In this document: positions 53,317 to 63,000 of the stretch, piece after piece
Position numbering within the stretch: the stretch's first letter is position 1
Layout: the number at the start of each line of letters is the position of its first letter
Source of the DNA: Candidatus Stammera capleta
Lineage (GTDB): Bacteria; Pseudomonadota; Gammaproteobacteria; Enterobacterales; Enterobacteriaceae
Assembly (NCBI GenBank): GCA_015134395.1
Contig: CP043983.1
Span: forward strand, 63,426-127,425
Length of the DNA: 64,000 bases
Reading direction: 5' to 3'
Position numbers and translations under genes: made by a program
Notes under the pieces: model-generated
What the model saw: only the letters and a program-made list of their open reading frames with translations
Database searches by the model: none
What the model was told of the DNA's origin: nothing

Positions 53317-54360
53317 ATGAATAAAGATATTTTAATAATGACAGAAGCTGTATCAAATAAAAAATCCTTACCAAAAGAAATAATATTTAAAGTATTAGAA
53401 AATGCATTAACTATAGTAATAAATAAAAAATATAAAAAAAAAATAGATATAAAAATAAATATAAATAGAAAAAATGGAAAATTTTATATATATAGAAGAT
53501 GAATTGTAGTAAAAAAAGTTAAAAAACCTAATATAGAAATAAATATTAATGAAGCCATTAATAAAAATAAAAAAATAAAAATTGGAGATTTTATAAAAAA
53601 TAAAATAAAAAAAATAAATTTTGATAGAATAACTACACAAAAAGCAAAAAAAATTATAATAAAAAAAATAAAAGAAGAAAAAAAAAAAATCATTTTAAAA
53701 AAAATAAAACAAAGAAAAGGACAAATTATTACAGGATTTATAAAAAAATTATATAAAAATTATTCAATAATAGATATAGGAAATGATATAGAAATAAAAT
53801 TATTAAAAAAAGATATGCTTTTAAATGAAAAATTAAAAATAGGAAAAAAAATCAAAGGAGTTATATATAATATAAAAAAATATAATAATGAATATGAAAT
53901 ATTAATTACTAGATCACAAATAATAATGATAAAAGAATTATTAAAAATAGAGATACCAGAAATAAAAAAAAAAATCATAAAAATAAAATCTATATCACGT
54001 AAACCAGGTTTAAGATCAAAAATAGCTGTAATAAGTAAAGATAAACGTATAGATGCTATAGGTGCATGTATTGGTATAAAAGGTTCTAGAATAAAAGCAA
54101 TATCTAATGAATTATCTGGAGAAAAAATAGATATAATTTTATGAAATAAAAATATTAAAAAATTCATAATTAATACTTTACTACCAATAATAATATATAA
54201 TATATCAATAAATTATAAAAAAAAAATTATAAATATAAGTATAGAAACAAAAAATTTAGCTCAAATTATAGGAAAAAATGGACAAAATATAAAATTAATA
54301 TCTAAATTAATTGGATGAGAAATAAATGTAATAAGTATAAAAAATATAAAAATAACTTAA
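53317..54360 (+). CDS. nusA: transcription termination/antitermination factor NusA (lacks the enterobacterial C-terminal acidic repeats)
   Basis: MNKDILIMTEAVSNKKSLPKEIIFKVLE parallels E. coli [28 protein letters not shown]. Also ..RIDAIGACIGIKGSRIKAIS.EL.GEKIDII.W.. and ..IGKNGQNIKLIS.L.GWEINV. 347 aa against 495 in E. coli. Confidence 0.93.
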
Positions 54361-54378
54361 ATAATTATTAATAAATAT

Positions 54379-56170
54379 ATGTTAATAAAAAAAAAAAATT
54401 ATAATATAAAAAATAATATAAATAAATTTAAAAAAAAAAATAAAATATTAAATAAAAAATACTATAAAAAAAAAATAAAAAAAAATATATTTAAAAAAAA
54501 AAAAAATATTAGATTTTTTAAAAATAAAATAAATAAAAATATTAAAAAAAATAAAATAAATAAAAATATTAAAAAAAAATAAAATAAATAAAAATATTAA
54601 AAAAAATAAAATAAATAAAAATATTAAAAAAAACAAAAACTTTATATTAAAATATAAAAATATATTAAAAAAATTATTTTTATTAAAAAAAAAAAAACAA
54701 TATATAAGAGCACCAATTATAACAATAATGGGACATGTAAATCATGGAAAAACATCATTAATTGATTGTATAAAAAATACTAAATTAGTAGATAAAGAAA
54801 AAGGAAATATAACTCAAAATATAAATGCATATTATATTAATAATAAATATGAAAAATTAACAATAATAGATACTCCAGGACATTCTATATTTTCAGATAT
54901 GAGAATAATTGGAATTAATATTACAGATATTATTATATTAATAATTGCAATAGATGATGGAATAATGAAAGAAACTAAAGAAATAATAAATTATTCAAAA
55001 AAATATAATATACCAATAATAATAGTTTTAAATAAAATAGATAAAAAAGAATATATTAATAATATAGAAAAAATTAAAAAAAAAATATATAAATATAATA
55101 TTATTAACAATAAATTAAATAAAAATAATATTTTTATAAAAATATCTACAAAATTAAAAATTGGTATAGATAAATTAATAAAAAATATATCATTAAAAAA
55201 AAAAAAACTAAAACTTAAAGTAAATTTAAATACTATAACATCAGGAATAATATTAGAATCTAAAAAAGATAAAAAAAGAGGAATATTAACATATTTAATA
55301 ATAAAGAAAGGAATATTAAAAACAAATGATATTATATTATGTAATAATAAATATGGAAAAATAAAAGCAATATTTAATGATATAAATAAAAAAATAAATT
55401 ATGCTTTACCATCAATGCCAGTAAAAATTTTAGGATTAAAATATATATCCCCTTCAGGAAATAAATTTACTATTATAAATAACATTAAAATAGTTAAAAA
55501 AATAATTGAGTATAAAAATAAAAATAAAAATAAAATAATAAAAAATAATAATAATAATTATAATATAAATTTTTTTAATAATAAAAAAAATAAATTAAAT
55601 ATAATAATAAAAACAAATTCTTATGGATCTATTAATACTATAGATAAAATAATTAAAAAAAATTTTAATAATATAAAAATAATATCTTCAAATATTGGAG
55701 ATATTAATAAAACAGATATAACATTAGCAAATATAAGTAAATCTGTAATAATAGCTTATAATGTAAAAATTGAAAACTCAATAAAAAAATATATATATAT
55801 ATATAAAAACAAAATATATTTTTTTGAAATAATACATAAAATATTTAATAAATTAAAAAAAATAATAGAAAAAAATAATATTAATAAATTAAATATAAAA
55901 ATAACAGGTAAAGCAATAATAAAAAATATATTTAAATTATCTAAATCAAAATATATAGCTGGATGTAAAATTATAAATGGTTATATTAAAAATAATAATA
56001 GTATAAAAATAATAAGAAATAATAAAATTATTTGTAATAGTAAAATAAAATCTTTAAAAAGATTTAAAAAACAAATAAATATAGCTAAAAAAAATACAGA
56101 ATGTGGTATTATTATAAAAAATTTTTCAAAAATAAAAATTGGAGATATAATAGAATCTATAAATAATTAA
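54379..56170 (+). CDS. infB: translation initiation factor IF-2, interrupted by a +1 frameshift in an A9 tract (54571-54579)
   Basis: The Lys/Asn-rich N-terminal ORF (frame 1, 54379-54582) and the GTPase/C-terminal ORF (frame 2; ..YIRAPIITIMGHVNHGKTSL.., DTPGH, NKID) are separated by one extra A. Total length is 3n+1. Confidence 0.85.
54523..54631 (+). repeat. 4 tandem 27-nt coding repeats (AATAAAATAAATAAAAATATTAAAAAA = NKINKNIKK), second copy 28 nt
   Basis: The T positions repeat at spacings of 27, 28 and 27 nt. A-runs between units are 8, 9, 8 and 8 long. Confidence 0.9.
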
Positions 56171-56182
56171 ATAAATATTAAT

Positions 56183-56545
56183 ATGTATAAATCAATTAAA
56201 AATAAAAAAATAAATAAAAAAATAAAAAAAAAAATTACACAAATAATAATAAAATATAATTATATAATAGGTAAAAAAAATATAATATGTATTAATTATT
56301 TATATATATCTAAAAATTATTCATATATAAAAATATATATAAATTTCTTAAATATTAAAAATATAAATATTATAAATAATAAAAAAAATAAATTACAAAA
56401 ATTAGAAAAATATATTAAAAATATTATAATAAAAATAAAATATTTTAAATATATAAAAAAAATATATTTTATATATGATAATTTTATATATAAAACAAAT
56501 AATTTATTTAAAAAAATTAAAAATATTAATAAATATATAAAATAA
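56183..56545 (+). CDS. rbfA: ribosome-binding factor A
   Basis: 120 aa directly after infB as in E. coli. Weak but positionally consistent motifs (..ISKNYSYIKIYINFLN.. vs ..SRDLAYAKVYVTFLN.., ..IYFIYDN.. vs ..TFFYDNS..). Confidence 0.65.
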   Translation: MYKSIKNKKINKKIKKKITQIIIKYNYIIGKKNIICINYLYISKNYSYIKIYINFLNIKNINIINNKKNKLQKLEKYIKNIIIKIKYFKYIKKIYFIYDNFIYKTNNLFKKIKNINKYIK

Positions 56546-56574
56546 AATAATTAAATATAATTAAAAGGATAAAA

Positions 56575-57267
56575 ATGAAAAAAATAGTCTTAATAAGACA
56601 TGGTGAAAGTTTATGAAATAAAAAAAATATATTTACTGGATGAACTGATATAAAATTATCAAAAAAAGGAATAAAAGAAGCAAAAAATGCAGGTATATTA
56701 TTAAAAAAAAACAATTTCATTTTTGATTATGCATATACATCCTTTTTAAAAAGAGCTATACATACTTTATGAAAAATATTATATGCATTAGATTTATCAT
56801 GAATAAATATAACTAAAAGTTGAAAATTAAATGAAAGACATTATGGTAAATTACAAGGTTATAATAAAAATGAAATAAGCAAAATATATGGAAAAAAAAA
56901 AGTACTTGAATGAAGAAGAAGTTATAAAATATCCCCTCCTAAAATAAAAAATAATGATAAAAGATATCCAGGTAATGAAATAAAATATAAAAAATTAAAA
57001 CATAATGAAATACCAATAGGAGAAAGTTTATTAGATACTTTTAATAGAGTAATACCTTATTGAAAAAATAATATAAAAAATAAATTAAAAAAAAAATCTA
57101 CAATAATTATTGTTGCACATGGTAATTCATTAAGAGCTTTAATAAAATATTTAGATAAAATATCAGATAAAAAAATAATTAATTTAAACATACCAACAGG
57201 TATACCTTTAATTTATGAATTTAAAAATAATTTTGATATATATAATAAATATTATATAAAAAAATAA
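56575..57267 (+). CDS. gpmA: 2,3-bisphosphoglycerate-dependent phosphoglycerate mutase
   Basis: [34 protein letters not shown].., ..ERHYG.LQG.., ..[11 protein letters not shown].. are dPGM signatures. 230 aa. Confidence 0.92.
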
Positions 57268-57268
57268 A

Positions 57269-57340
57269 TGGCCCCTATCGGATTCGAACCAATGACCAAG
57301 CGATTATGAGTCGCCTGCTCTACCACTGAGCTAAAGGGCC
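57269..57340 (-). tRNA. ileX: tRNA with CAU anticodon, most similar to lysidine-dependent tRNA-Ile2
   Basis: The reverse complement is GGCCCTTTAGCTCAGTGGTAGAGCAGGCGACTCATAATCGCTTGGTCATTGGTTCGAATCCGATAGGGGCCA. Acceptor and anticodon arm (GGCGA-CTCATAA-TCGCT) match my recollection of E. coli ileX rather than elongator or initiator Met. Confidence 0.75.
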
Positions 57341-57402
57341 AACAATATGGAATTTTAACAAGAAAAATAAATTAATTCAAGTTTATTAAATAAAATAATA
57401 TA

Positions 57403-57996
57403 TTAATTTTCATATTTAAATATTTTTACCATAGCAGGTCTTAATAATCTATCATTCATAATATATCCATCTTGAAGAATAGATATAATAATATTATCTT
57501 TATTTTTATCTTTTGATTTTTCAATAATCATAGCTTGATGATAATCAGGATCAAATTTTATATTCACTTTATTTATTACTGAAATATTAAATTTTTTTAT
57601 AACTAATAAAAGATTTTTTAATGTTAAATTAATACCCTCATATATAACTTTTAAATTTAAATTTTTATTTTTTTTATTTTTTAAAGCATTTTTTAAATCA
57701 TCTATAATAGGTAAAATATTTATAGCAAATTTTTCTAAAGAATATTTATATATATTTTCAATATTTTTTTCATTACGTTTTCTAATATTTTCTAAATCAG
57801 CTTTTGAACGTAATTTTATATTATTTATATTTTTTTCTAAATTAAATATTTTTTTTTTTAATTTATTAATATATTTTTTTTTTTTTTTTAATTTTAAATT
57901 TATTTTTTTAAATTTATCTTTAAAATTATTAATATTATTTTTATCATTTAAATTATTTATATTTTTTTTTAAATTAACATTATTCTTTATATTCAT
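57403..57996 (-). CDS. grpE: nucleotide exchange factor GrpE
   Basis: ..LRSKADLENIRKR.. and the C-terminal ..DPDYHQAMI..,..GY..NDRLLRPAMV are typical GrpE. AAGGAG (58004-58009) lies 7 nt before ATG 57996, which is preferred over the track start at 58047. 197 aa. Confidence 0.9.
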   Translation of the reverse strand: MNIKNNVNLKKNINNLNDKNNINNFKDKFKKINLKLKKKKKYINKLKKKIFNLEKNINNIKLRSKADLENIRKRNEKNIENIYKYSLEKFAINILPIIDDLKNALKNKKNKNLNLKVIYEGINLTLKNLLLVIKKFNISVINKVNIKFDPDYHQAMIIEKSKDKNKDNIIISILQDGYIMNDRLLRPAMVKIFKYEN

Positions 57997-58179
57997 TAAT
58001 TTTCTCCTTAATAATAATAAATTAAAACTATAATAATTATCATACAATAAATTTAAATAATAAATTATTTTAAAAATAAAATTTAAATATAATTTTAAAT
58101 CTGATAAAATATAAATAAATAAAAATTAAATAATAAATTTACTAAAAATTATTTTAATTAATAAAATATAAATATATTA

Positions 58180-58635
58180 ATGAAAAAATATATTATAAAA
58201 AATAAAAAAGTTTATTATAATTATATAATAAAAAAAAAATTTACAGCTGGAATTTTATTAAAAGGATGAGAAGTTAAATCTATTAAAAAAAAAAATATAA
58301 ATATAGAAAATAGTTATGTTAAAATAGAAAAAAATAATAATATTTATATAATAGGTTTTAAAATAAAACCATTAATTAATAATATTAATATATTTAAAAA
58401 AAAAAATAGAAAAATAAAAATTTTATTAAAAAAAAAAGAAATAAATTATCTTTATAAAAAAAATAAAATTAAAGGATTTACTATAATAGTTATATCATTA
58501 ATATTAAAAAAACCATGATATAAAATAATTATAGGATTATCTAAAGGAAAAAAAAAATATAATAAAAAAAATTTTATATTAAATAAAGAATGAAAAAAAA
58601 AAAAAAATATTAATAAAAATATTGATTTATATTAA
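58180..58635 (+). CDS. smpB: SsrA-binding protein
   Basis: ..FTAGILLKG-W-EVKSIK.., ..RKIKILLKKKEI..L, ..GFTII..SL..K..W.K..IGL.KGKK parallel E. coli SmpB. Adjacent to ssrA. Confidence 0.9.
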
Positions 58636-58673
58636 ATATTAATTTATATTATATAATTAATTTTATTAATTTA

Positions 58674-59021
58674 GGGGCTGTTTGGATTTGACAAAATATA
58701 CAAATTTTAATGAGCATGTCGAGGAAACGGTAGGCCGCGTAAAAAACCGTAAATTAATCGCAAAAAATAATAGTTACGCATTAGCAGCTTAAAAACTGTT
58801 AAGCCATTTTTTATATTTATTTTATCTCTTTATTTATATAAAAAATGTTAATATAAAAGAGATATAATTATAGAAGTCTATATCTATAATAGAAATTTTA
58901 TTAGACTAATTGATTATTATTTTTTTTTATTTATATTAATCAATGAACTAAAAATAAAATAAACATGTAGTATCAAAAAAATACGTTATTTTGGACGCGG
59001 GTTCGAATCCCGCCAGCTCCA
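58674..59021 (+). ncRNA. ssrA: tmRNA (SsrA), tag reading frame 58760-58792 = AKNNSYALAA*
   Basis: 5' GGGGCTGTTTGGATTTGAC... and 3' ..GGACGCGGGTTCGAATCCCGCCAGCTCCA form the tRNA-Ala-like domain. GCAAAAAATAATAGTTACGCATTAGCAGCTTAA parallels the E. coli tag ANDENYALAA. Confidence 0.95.
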
Positions 59022-59028
59022 TATTATT

Positions 59029-59100
59029 AGGTGATTAGCTCAGTGGTAGAGCTTCTCTTTTACAAGGAGAAGGTCAATGGTTCAATTCCATTATCACCTA
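59029..59100 (+). tRNA. tRNA-Val (UAC)
   Basis: AGGTGAT TA GCTCAGTGGTAGAGC T TCTCT-TTTACAA-GGAGA AGGTC AATGG-TTCAATT-CCATT ATCACCT A parallels E. coli tRNA-Val(UAC) with an A1-U72 pair. No CCA. Confidence 0.9.
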
Positions 59101-59112
59101 ATTTAATTTAAA

Positions 59113-60441
59113 TTAATATTTTATTTTAAATAACATATTATTATAAATAATATCTAATAAAATTAAATTTAAATTATATTTATTAATATTTAATTTTTTC
59201 TTAATAATATTTAAAATATTTTTATAAAAATCTTTATTTATTTTTTTATTAAATTTTTTATAAATTAAATTAATAACTTTATCTATACGATTTTTTAATA
59301 AAATATTATTATTAGGTATAGAAATTTTTTTTATTTTAAATTTTATATTTTTCTTTAAATTATATAAAAATTTTAATTCTTTTTTTTCTATAAATAAAAT
59401 AGCTTTTCCTATTTTATCAAATCTTCCAGTTCTACCTATTCTATGTATATATGAATTATAATCTATAGGTAAATCATAATTAATTATTAAATCAACTAAT
59501 TTTATATCTAAACCTCTAGAAGCTATATCAGTAGCTATTAAAATAGATATTTTTCCATTACGAAAATCATTAATAATTTTTTCTCTTAAATTTTGATTCA
59601 TATCTCCATTTAAAGGAGAACAAATATAACCATATTTTTCAATAAAATTAGATAATTTTACAGTAAAAATTTTAGTACGTACAAAAATAATTAAAGCATT
59701 AAATTTTTCTATTTCTAAAAATTTCATTAAAATATTTAATTTAAATTTATAAGAATAAATTAAACAATAATATTGATAAATATTTTCAGGTAAAATATTT
59801 TTATAATTATCTAAAGATAAATTTATTTCTTTAGGAAATTTCATAAATCTATAAATAATTTTTTTTATTTTTTCAGACATTGTAGCAGAAAATAAAACTG
59901 TCTGATGTTTAAATTTAATATTTAAAATAATTTTTTTAACATCATTAATAAATCCCATTTTAAACATTTCATCAGCTTCATCTAATACTAAAAATTTAAT
60001 TTTTAATAAATTTAAAGTTTTACGTTTTAAATGATCTAATAATCTACCTGGAGTAGCAATAATAATATTAGGTTTTTTTTTTAAACCTAAAAATTGAATA
60101 TTATATTTTTGACCACCATATAATGATAATATTTTAATATTTTTAATATATTTAGAAAATAAAATAAAAGAATTAGTTATTTGTATAACTAATTCTCTAA
60201 CAGGTGCTAAAACTAAAACTTGTAAATTATTATTATTTAATAAAATTTTATTTAACAAAGGTAATACAAATGATGCTGTTTTTCCACTTCCAGTCTTAGC
60301 AATACCTAAAATATCATGTCCTTCTAAAAATAAAGGTATACAAATTTTTTGTATTTTAGTAGGTTTAATATAACCAATTTCCTTAATTACTTTTAATAAT
60401 TCATTTTTTAATTTAAATTTATTAAAATAAAAATTTTTCAT
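59113..60441 (-). CDS. deaD: DEAD-box ATP-dependent RNA helicase (DeaD/CsdA-like, short form)
   Basis: AKTGSGKTASF (motif I), DEAD, SAT, ARGLD and HRIGRTGR motifs. Neighbour of pnp as in E. coli pnp-(nlpI)-deaD. 442 aa. Confidence 0.88.
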   Translation of the reverse strand: MKNFYFNKFKLKNELLKVIKEIGYIKPTKIQKICIPLFLEGHDILGIAKTGSGKTASFVLPLLNKILLNNNNLQVLVLAPVRELVIQITNSFILFSKYIKNIKILSLYGGQKYNIQFLGLKKKPNIIIATPGRLLDHLKRKTLNLLKIKFLVLDEADEMFKMGFINDVKKIILNIKFKHQTVLFSATMSEKIKKIIYRFMKFPKEINLSLDNYKNILPENIYQYYCLIYSYKFKLNILMKFLEIEKFNALIIFVRTKIFTVKLSNFIEKYGYICSPLNGDMNQNLREKIINDFRNGKISILIATDIASRGLDIKLVDLIINYDLPIDYNSYIHRIGRTGRFDKIGKAILFIEKKELKFLYNLKKNIKFKIKKISIPNNNILLKNRIDKVINLIYKKFNKKINKDFYKNILNIIKKKLNINKYNLNLILLDIIYNNMLFKIKY

Positions 60442-60465
60442 AATATTTAAATAAATAATTTAATT

Positions 60466-62583
60466 TTATTTATATTTTTTTTTAATACTTAATTTAATTC
60501 TTTTATTATTATCTATATTTAAAACTTTAACATATATATGTTGACCTACTTTAAAATAATCAAAAATATTTTTATTTCTATTTTTTAAATATATTTTTGA
60601 AATATGAACTAATCCTTCTTTATTTTTTAAAAAAGATACAAATAAACCAAAACTTACTATTTTAATAATTTTACCTAAATATACAGAACCTAATCTTATA
60701 TTATTAATAATTTCTTTTATATCATTTACTACATTATTAATATTTTTTTGATTATTAGAAATAATACTAATAAAACCATCATTATTAACTTCTATTAAAC
60801 AATTATTTTTTTCAGTAAGAGATTTAATTACAGAACCCCCTTTACCAATAATATTTTTAATTTTATTAATATTAATTTTAAATTTATATATTTTAGGAGC
60901 ATAAAAAGATAAATATTTATTAGGTTTATTAATAAAACTATTCATTTTATCTAAAATAAAAAATCTTGCATAATTAGATTTCTTTAAAGAAAAAATAACA
61001 TCTTCATATGTTATATTATTAATTTTCATATCCATTTGTAAAGCATTAATACCTTTATAAGTACCAATAATTTTAAAATCCATATCACCTAATCTATCTT
61101 CATCACCAATTATATCTGAAAGTATAATATTTTTATTATTTGTTTTAATTAAACCCATAGCTATTCCAGACACATGATTTTTAATAGGTACTCCTGCATC
61201 CATTAAAGCTAAAGAAGCACCACAAACAGAAGCCATAGAAGAAGAACCATTAGATTCCAAAATATCTGATACTATTCTTAAAGTATAAGGAAATTTTTTA
61301 ATACAAGGTAATATCGGTAAAATACCTTTTTTTGCTAAATATCCATGACCAATTTCTCTACGTTTAGGAATACCAATATTACCAATTTCACCTACAGAAT
61401 ATGGTGGAAAATTATAATGAAAAATAAAATTATCTAAACGCTCTCCTAAAAATACATCATTAAAAATTTGAGCATCTCTTGAAGTACCTAAAGTAACAGT
61501 TACTAAAGCTTGAGTTTCACCTCTAGTAAAAAGAGATGAACCATGAACTCTTTTTGGTAAAAATCCTACTTTAATATCTATATCTCTTATATCATTTTCA
61601 TATCTTCCATCTATTCTTAAATTAAAATCTAATAATTTTTTTATAATTATTTCTTTTTCTAATTTAAATATTTTATTTTTAATTAAATAATTTTTAAATA
61701 TATTTTTTTTATTTAATTCTATAATTAAATTATTTTCAATTAATTTTAAATTATTATTTCTATTTTTTTTATTTAAATTATTAAAATAAATTTCTTTAAT
61801 ATCCTTAATACAATAATTATATATATAATTATTTATATCATCAGAAAAATCTTCATATAAATAATTAAAATTTATATTAGAAAAATTAGAAAAATAAATA
61901 TTTTTATTTTTTTCAGTAAAAATATTAATATTATCTATTATAGATTTAAAATTATCATAAGCAAAATTAATACCATCTATAATAAATCTTTCATGTAAAT
62001 TATTAGAAGAAGAATCAATCATAAATATATAATCTTTTGTTCCAACAACTATTAAATTTAATAAACTTAAATTAATTTCAGATAAACTAGGATTTAATAT
62101 ATAATTATTATTTATATATCCTATACGAGCAACACCTAAAGTTTTAATACCAGGTATACCAGAAATATTTAAAGCAGCAGAAACTGCAATAATAGAAATT
62201 ATATCAGTATTAATTTGTGGATTTACAGAAATAACATTAACAATAATTTGTATATCATTTAAAAAATTTTTCTTAAATAAAGGACGAACAGATCTATCAA
62301 TTAATCTAGATATAATAATTTCTATATCACTAGATCTACCTTCTCTTCTAAAAAAACTACCAGGTATTTTACCAATAGAATAAAATTTTTCTTGATAATT
62401 AACTGTAAGAGGTAAAAATTTTTGATCAAAATTAGGTTCATCATTACATACAATTGTTGCTATTACAACTGTATCATCCATACTAGCTAAAACTGAAGAA
62501 GTAGATTGACGAGCTATAAAACCATTCTCTAATTTAATTATATTTCTACCATATTTAAATTCTAAAACATTATATTCCAACAA
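60466..62583 (-). CDS. pnp: polynucleotide phosphorylase
   Basis: 705 aa. MLEYNVLEFKYGRN..LENG..ARQSTSSVLASMDDT parallels E. coli PNPase. KH and S1 domains at the C-terminus. TTG start, as in E. coli pnp. Confidence 0.96.
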   Translation of the reverse strand: MLEYNVLEFKYGRNIIKLENGFIARQSTSSVLASMDDTVVIATIVCNDEPNFDQKFLPLTVNYQEKFYSIGKIPGSFFRREGRSSDIEIIISRLIDRSVRPLFKKNFLNDIQIIVNVISVNPQINTDIISIIAVSAALNISGIPGIKTLGVARIGYINNNYILNPSLSEINLSLLNLIVVGTKDYIFMIDSSSNNLHERFIIDGINFAYDNFKSIIDNINIFTEKNKNIYFSNFSNINFNYLYEDFSDDINNYIYNYCIKDIKEIYFNNLNKKNRNNNLKLIENNLIIELNKKNIFKNYLIKNKIFKLEKEIIIKKLLDFNLRIDGRYENDIRDIDIKVGFLPKRVHGSSLFTRGETQALVTVTLGTSRDAQIFNDVFLGERLDNFIFHYNFPPYSVGEIGNIGIPKRREIGHGYLAKKGILPILPCIKKFPYTLRIVSDILESNGSSSMASVCGASLALMDAGVPIKNHVSGIAMGLIKTNNKNIILSDIIGDEDRLGDMDFKIIGTYKGINALQMDMKINNITYEDVIFSLKKSNYARFFILDKMNSFINKPNKYLSFYAPKIYKFKININKIKNIIGKGGSVIKSLTEKNNCLIEVNNDGFISIISNNQKNINNVVNDIKEIINNIRLGSVYLGKIIKIVSFGLFVSFLKNKEGLVHISKIYLKNRNKNIFDYFKVGQHIYVKVLNIDNNKRIKLSIKKKYK

Positions 62584-62630
62584 AATAATTTTCCTTGTAT
62601 TTAAAATTAAATTTAAATTAATATAAATAA

Positions 62631-62888
62631 TTAATAACGTAAATTTAAATCTTTTATAATATTATTATATTTATTTAAATCATTTAATTTAATATATTTC
62701 AATATTTTACGACGTTTAAAAATTAATTTTAATAAACCAATTTTACTATGAAAATCTTTTTTAAAATAAGATAAATGTTTCTGTAATTTATTTATACGTA
62801 AACTTAATAATATAACTTGAATTTCACTAGAACCACAATTATTTATATCTTTTTTATAATTATTAATAATTTTTTTATAATTAATCAT
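62631..62888 (-). CDS. rpsO: 30S ribosomal protein S15
   Basis: ..GSSEIQVILLS.RINKLQ.H....KKD.HS..GLL....RRK.L.Y.. is the S15 signature. Upstream of pnp. Confidence 0.92.
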   Translation of the reverse strand: MINYKKIINNYKKDINNCGSSEIQVILLSLRINKLQKHLSYFKKDFHSKIGLLKLIFKRRKILKYIKLNDLNKYNNIIKDLNLRY

Positions 62889-62927
62889 ATATTACTATAA
62901 TATTAAATTTTTAATTTAAATTTAAAT

Positions 62928-62952
62928 ATTAAAGTCCTTAATGGACTTTAAT
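62928..62952 (-). terminator. stem-loop downstream of groEL (candidate intrinsic terminator or RNA-stabilising hairpin)
   Basis: ATTAAAGTCC-TTAAT-GGACTTTAAT is a perfect 10-bp stem whose G/C bases stand out in an otherwise A/T-only spacer. No clean U-tract. Confidence 0.5.
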
Positions 62953-63000
62953 ATTTTAATAACATTAAATAATGAAATAAATAAATATTAAATAAATTTA

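Noticed and set aside
53407-54167. Minus-strand ORFs of 77, 69 and 135 aa.
   Set aside because: They are antisense to nusA, whose frame is supported by end-to-end similarity with E. coli NusA. Their products are Phe/Ile-rich and low in complexity.
54448-54636. 62-aa minus-strand ORF.
   Set aside because: It is antisense to the Lys-rich repeat region of infB, where poly-A becomes poly-Phe. It is not a gene.
56526-56720. 64-aa minus-strand ORF.
   Set aside because: It is antisense across the rbfA/gpmA junction, and gpmA on the + strand is strongly supported.
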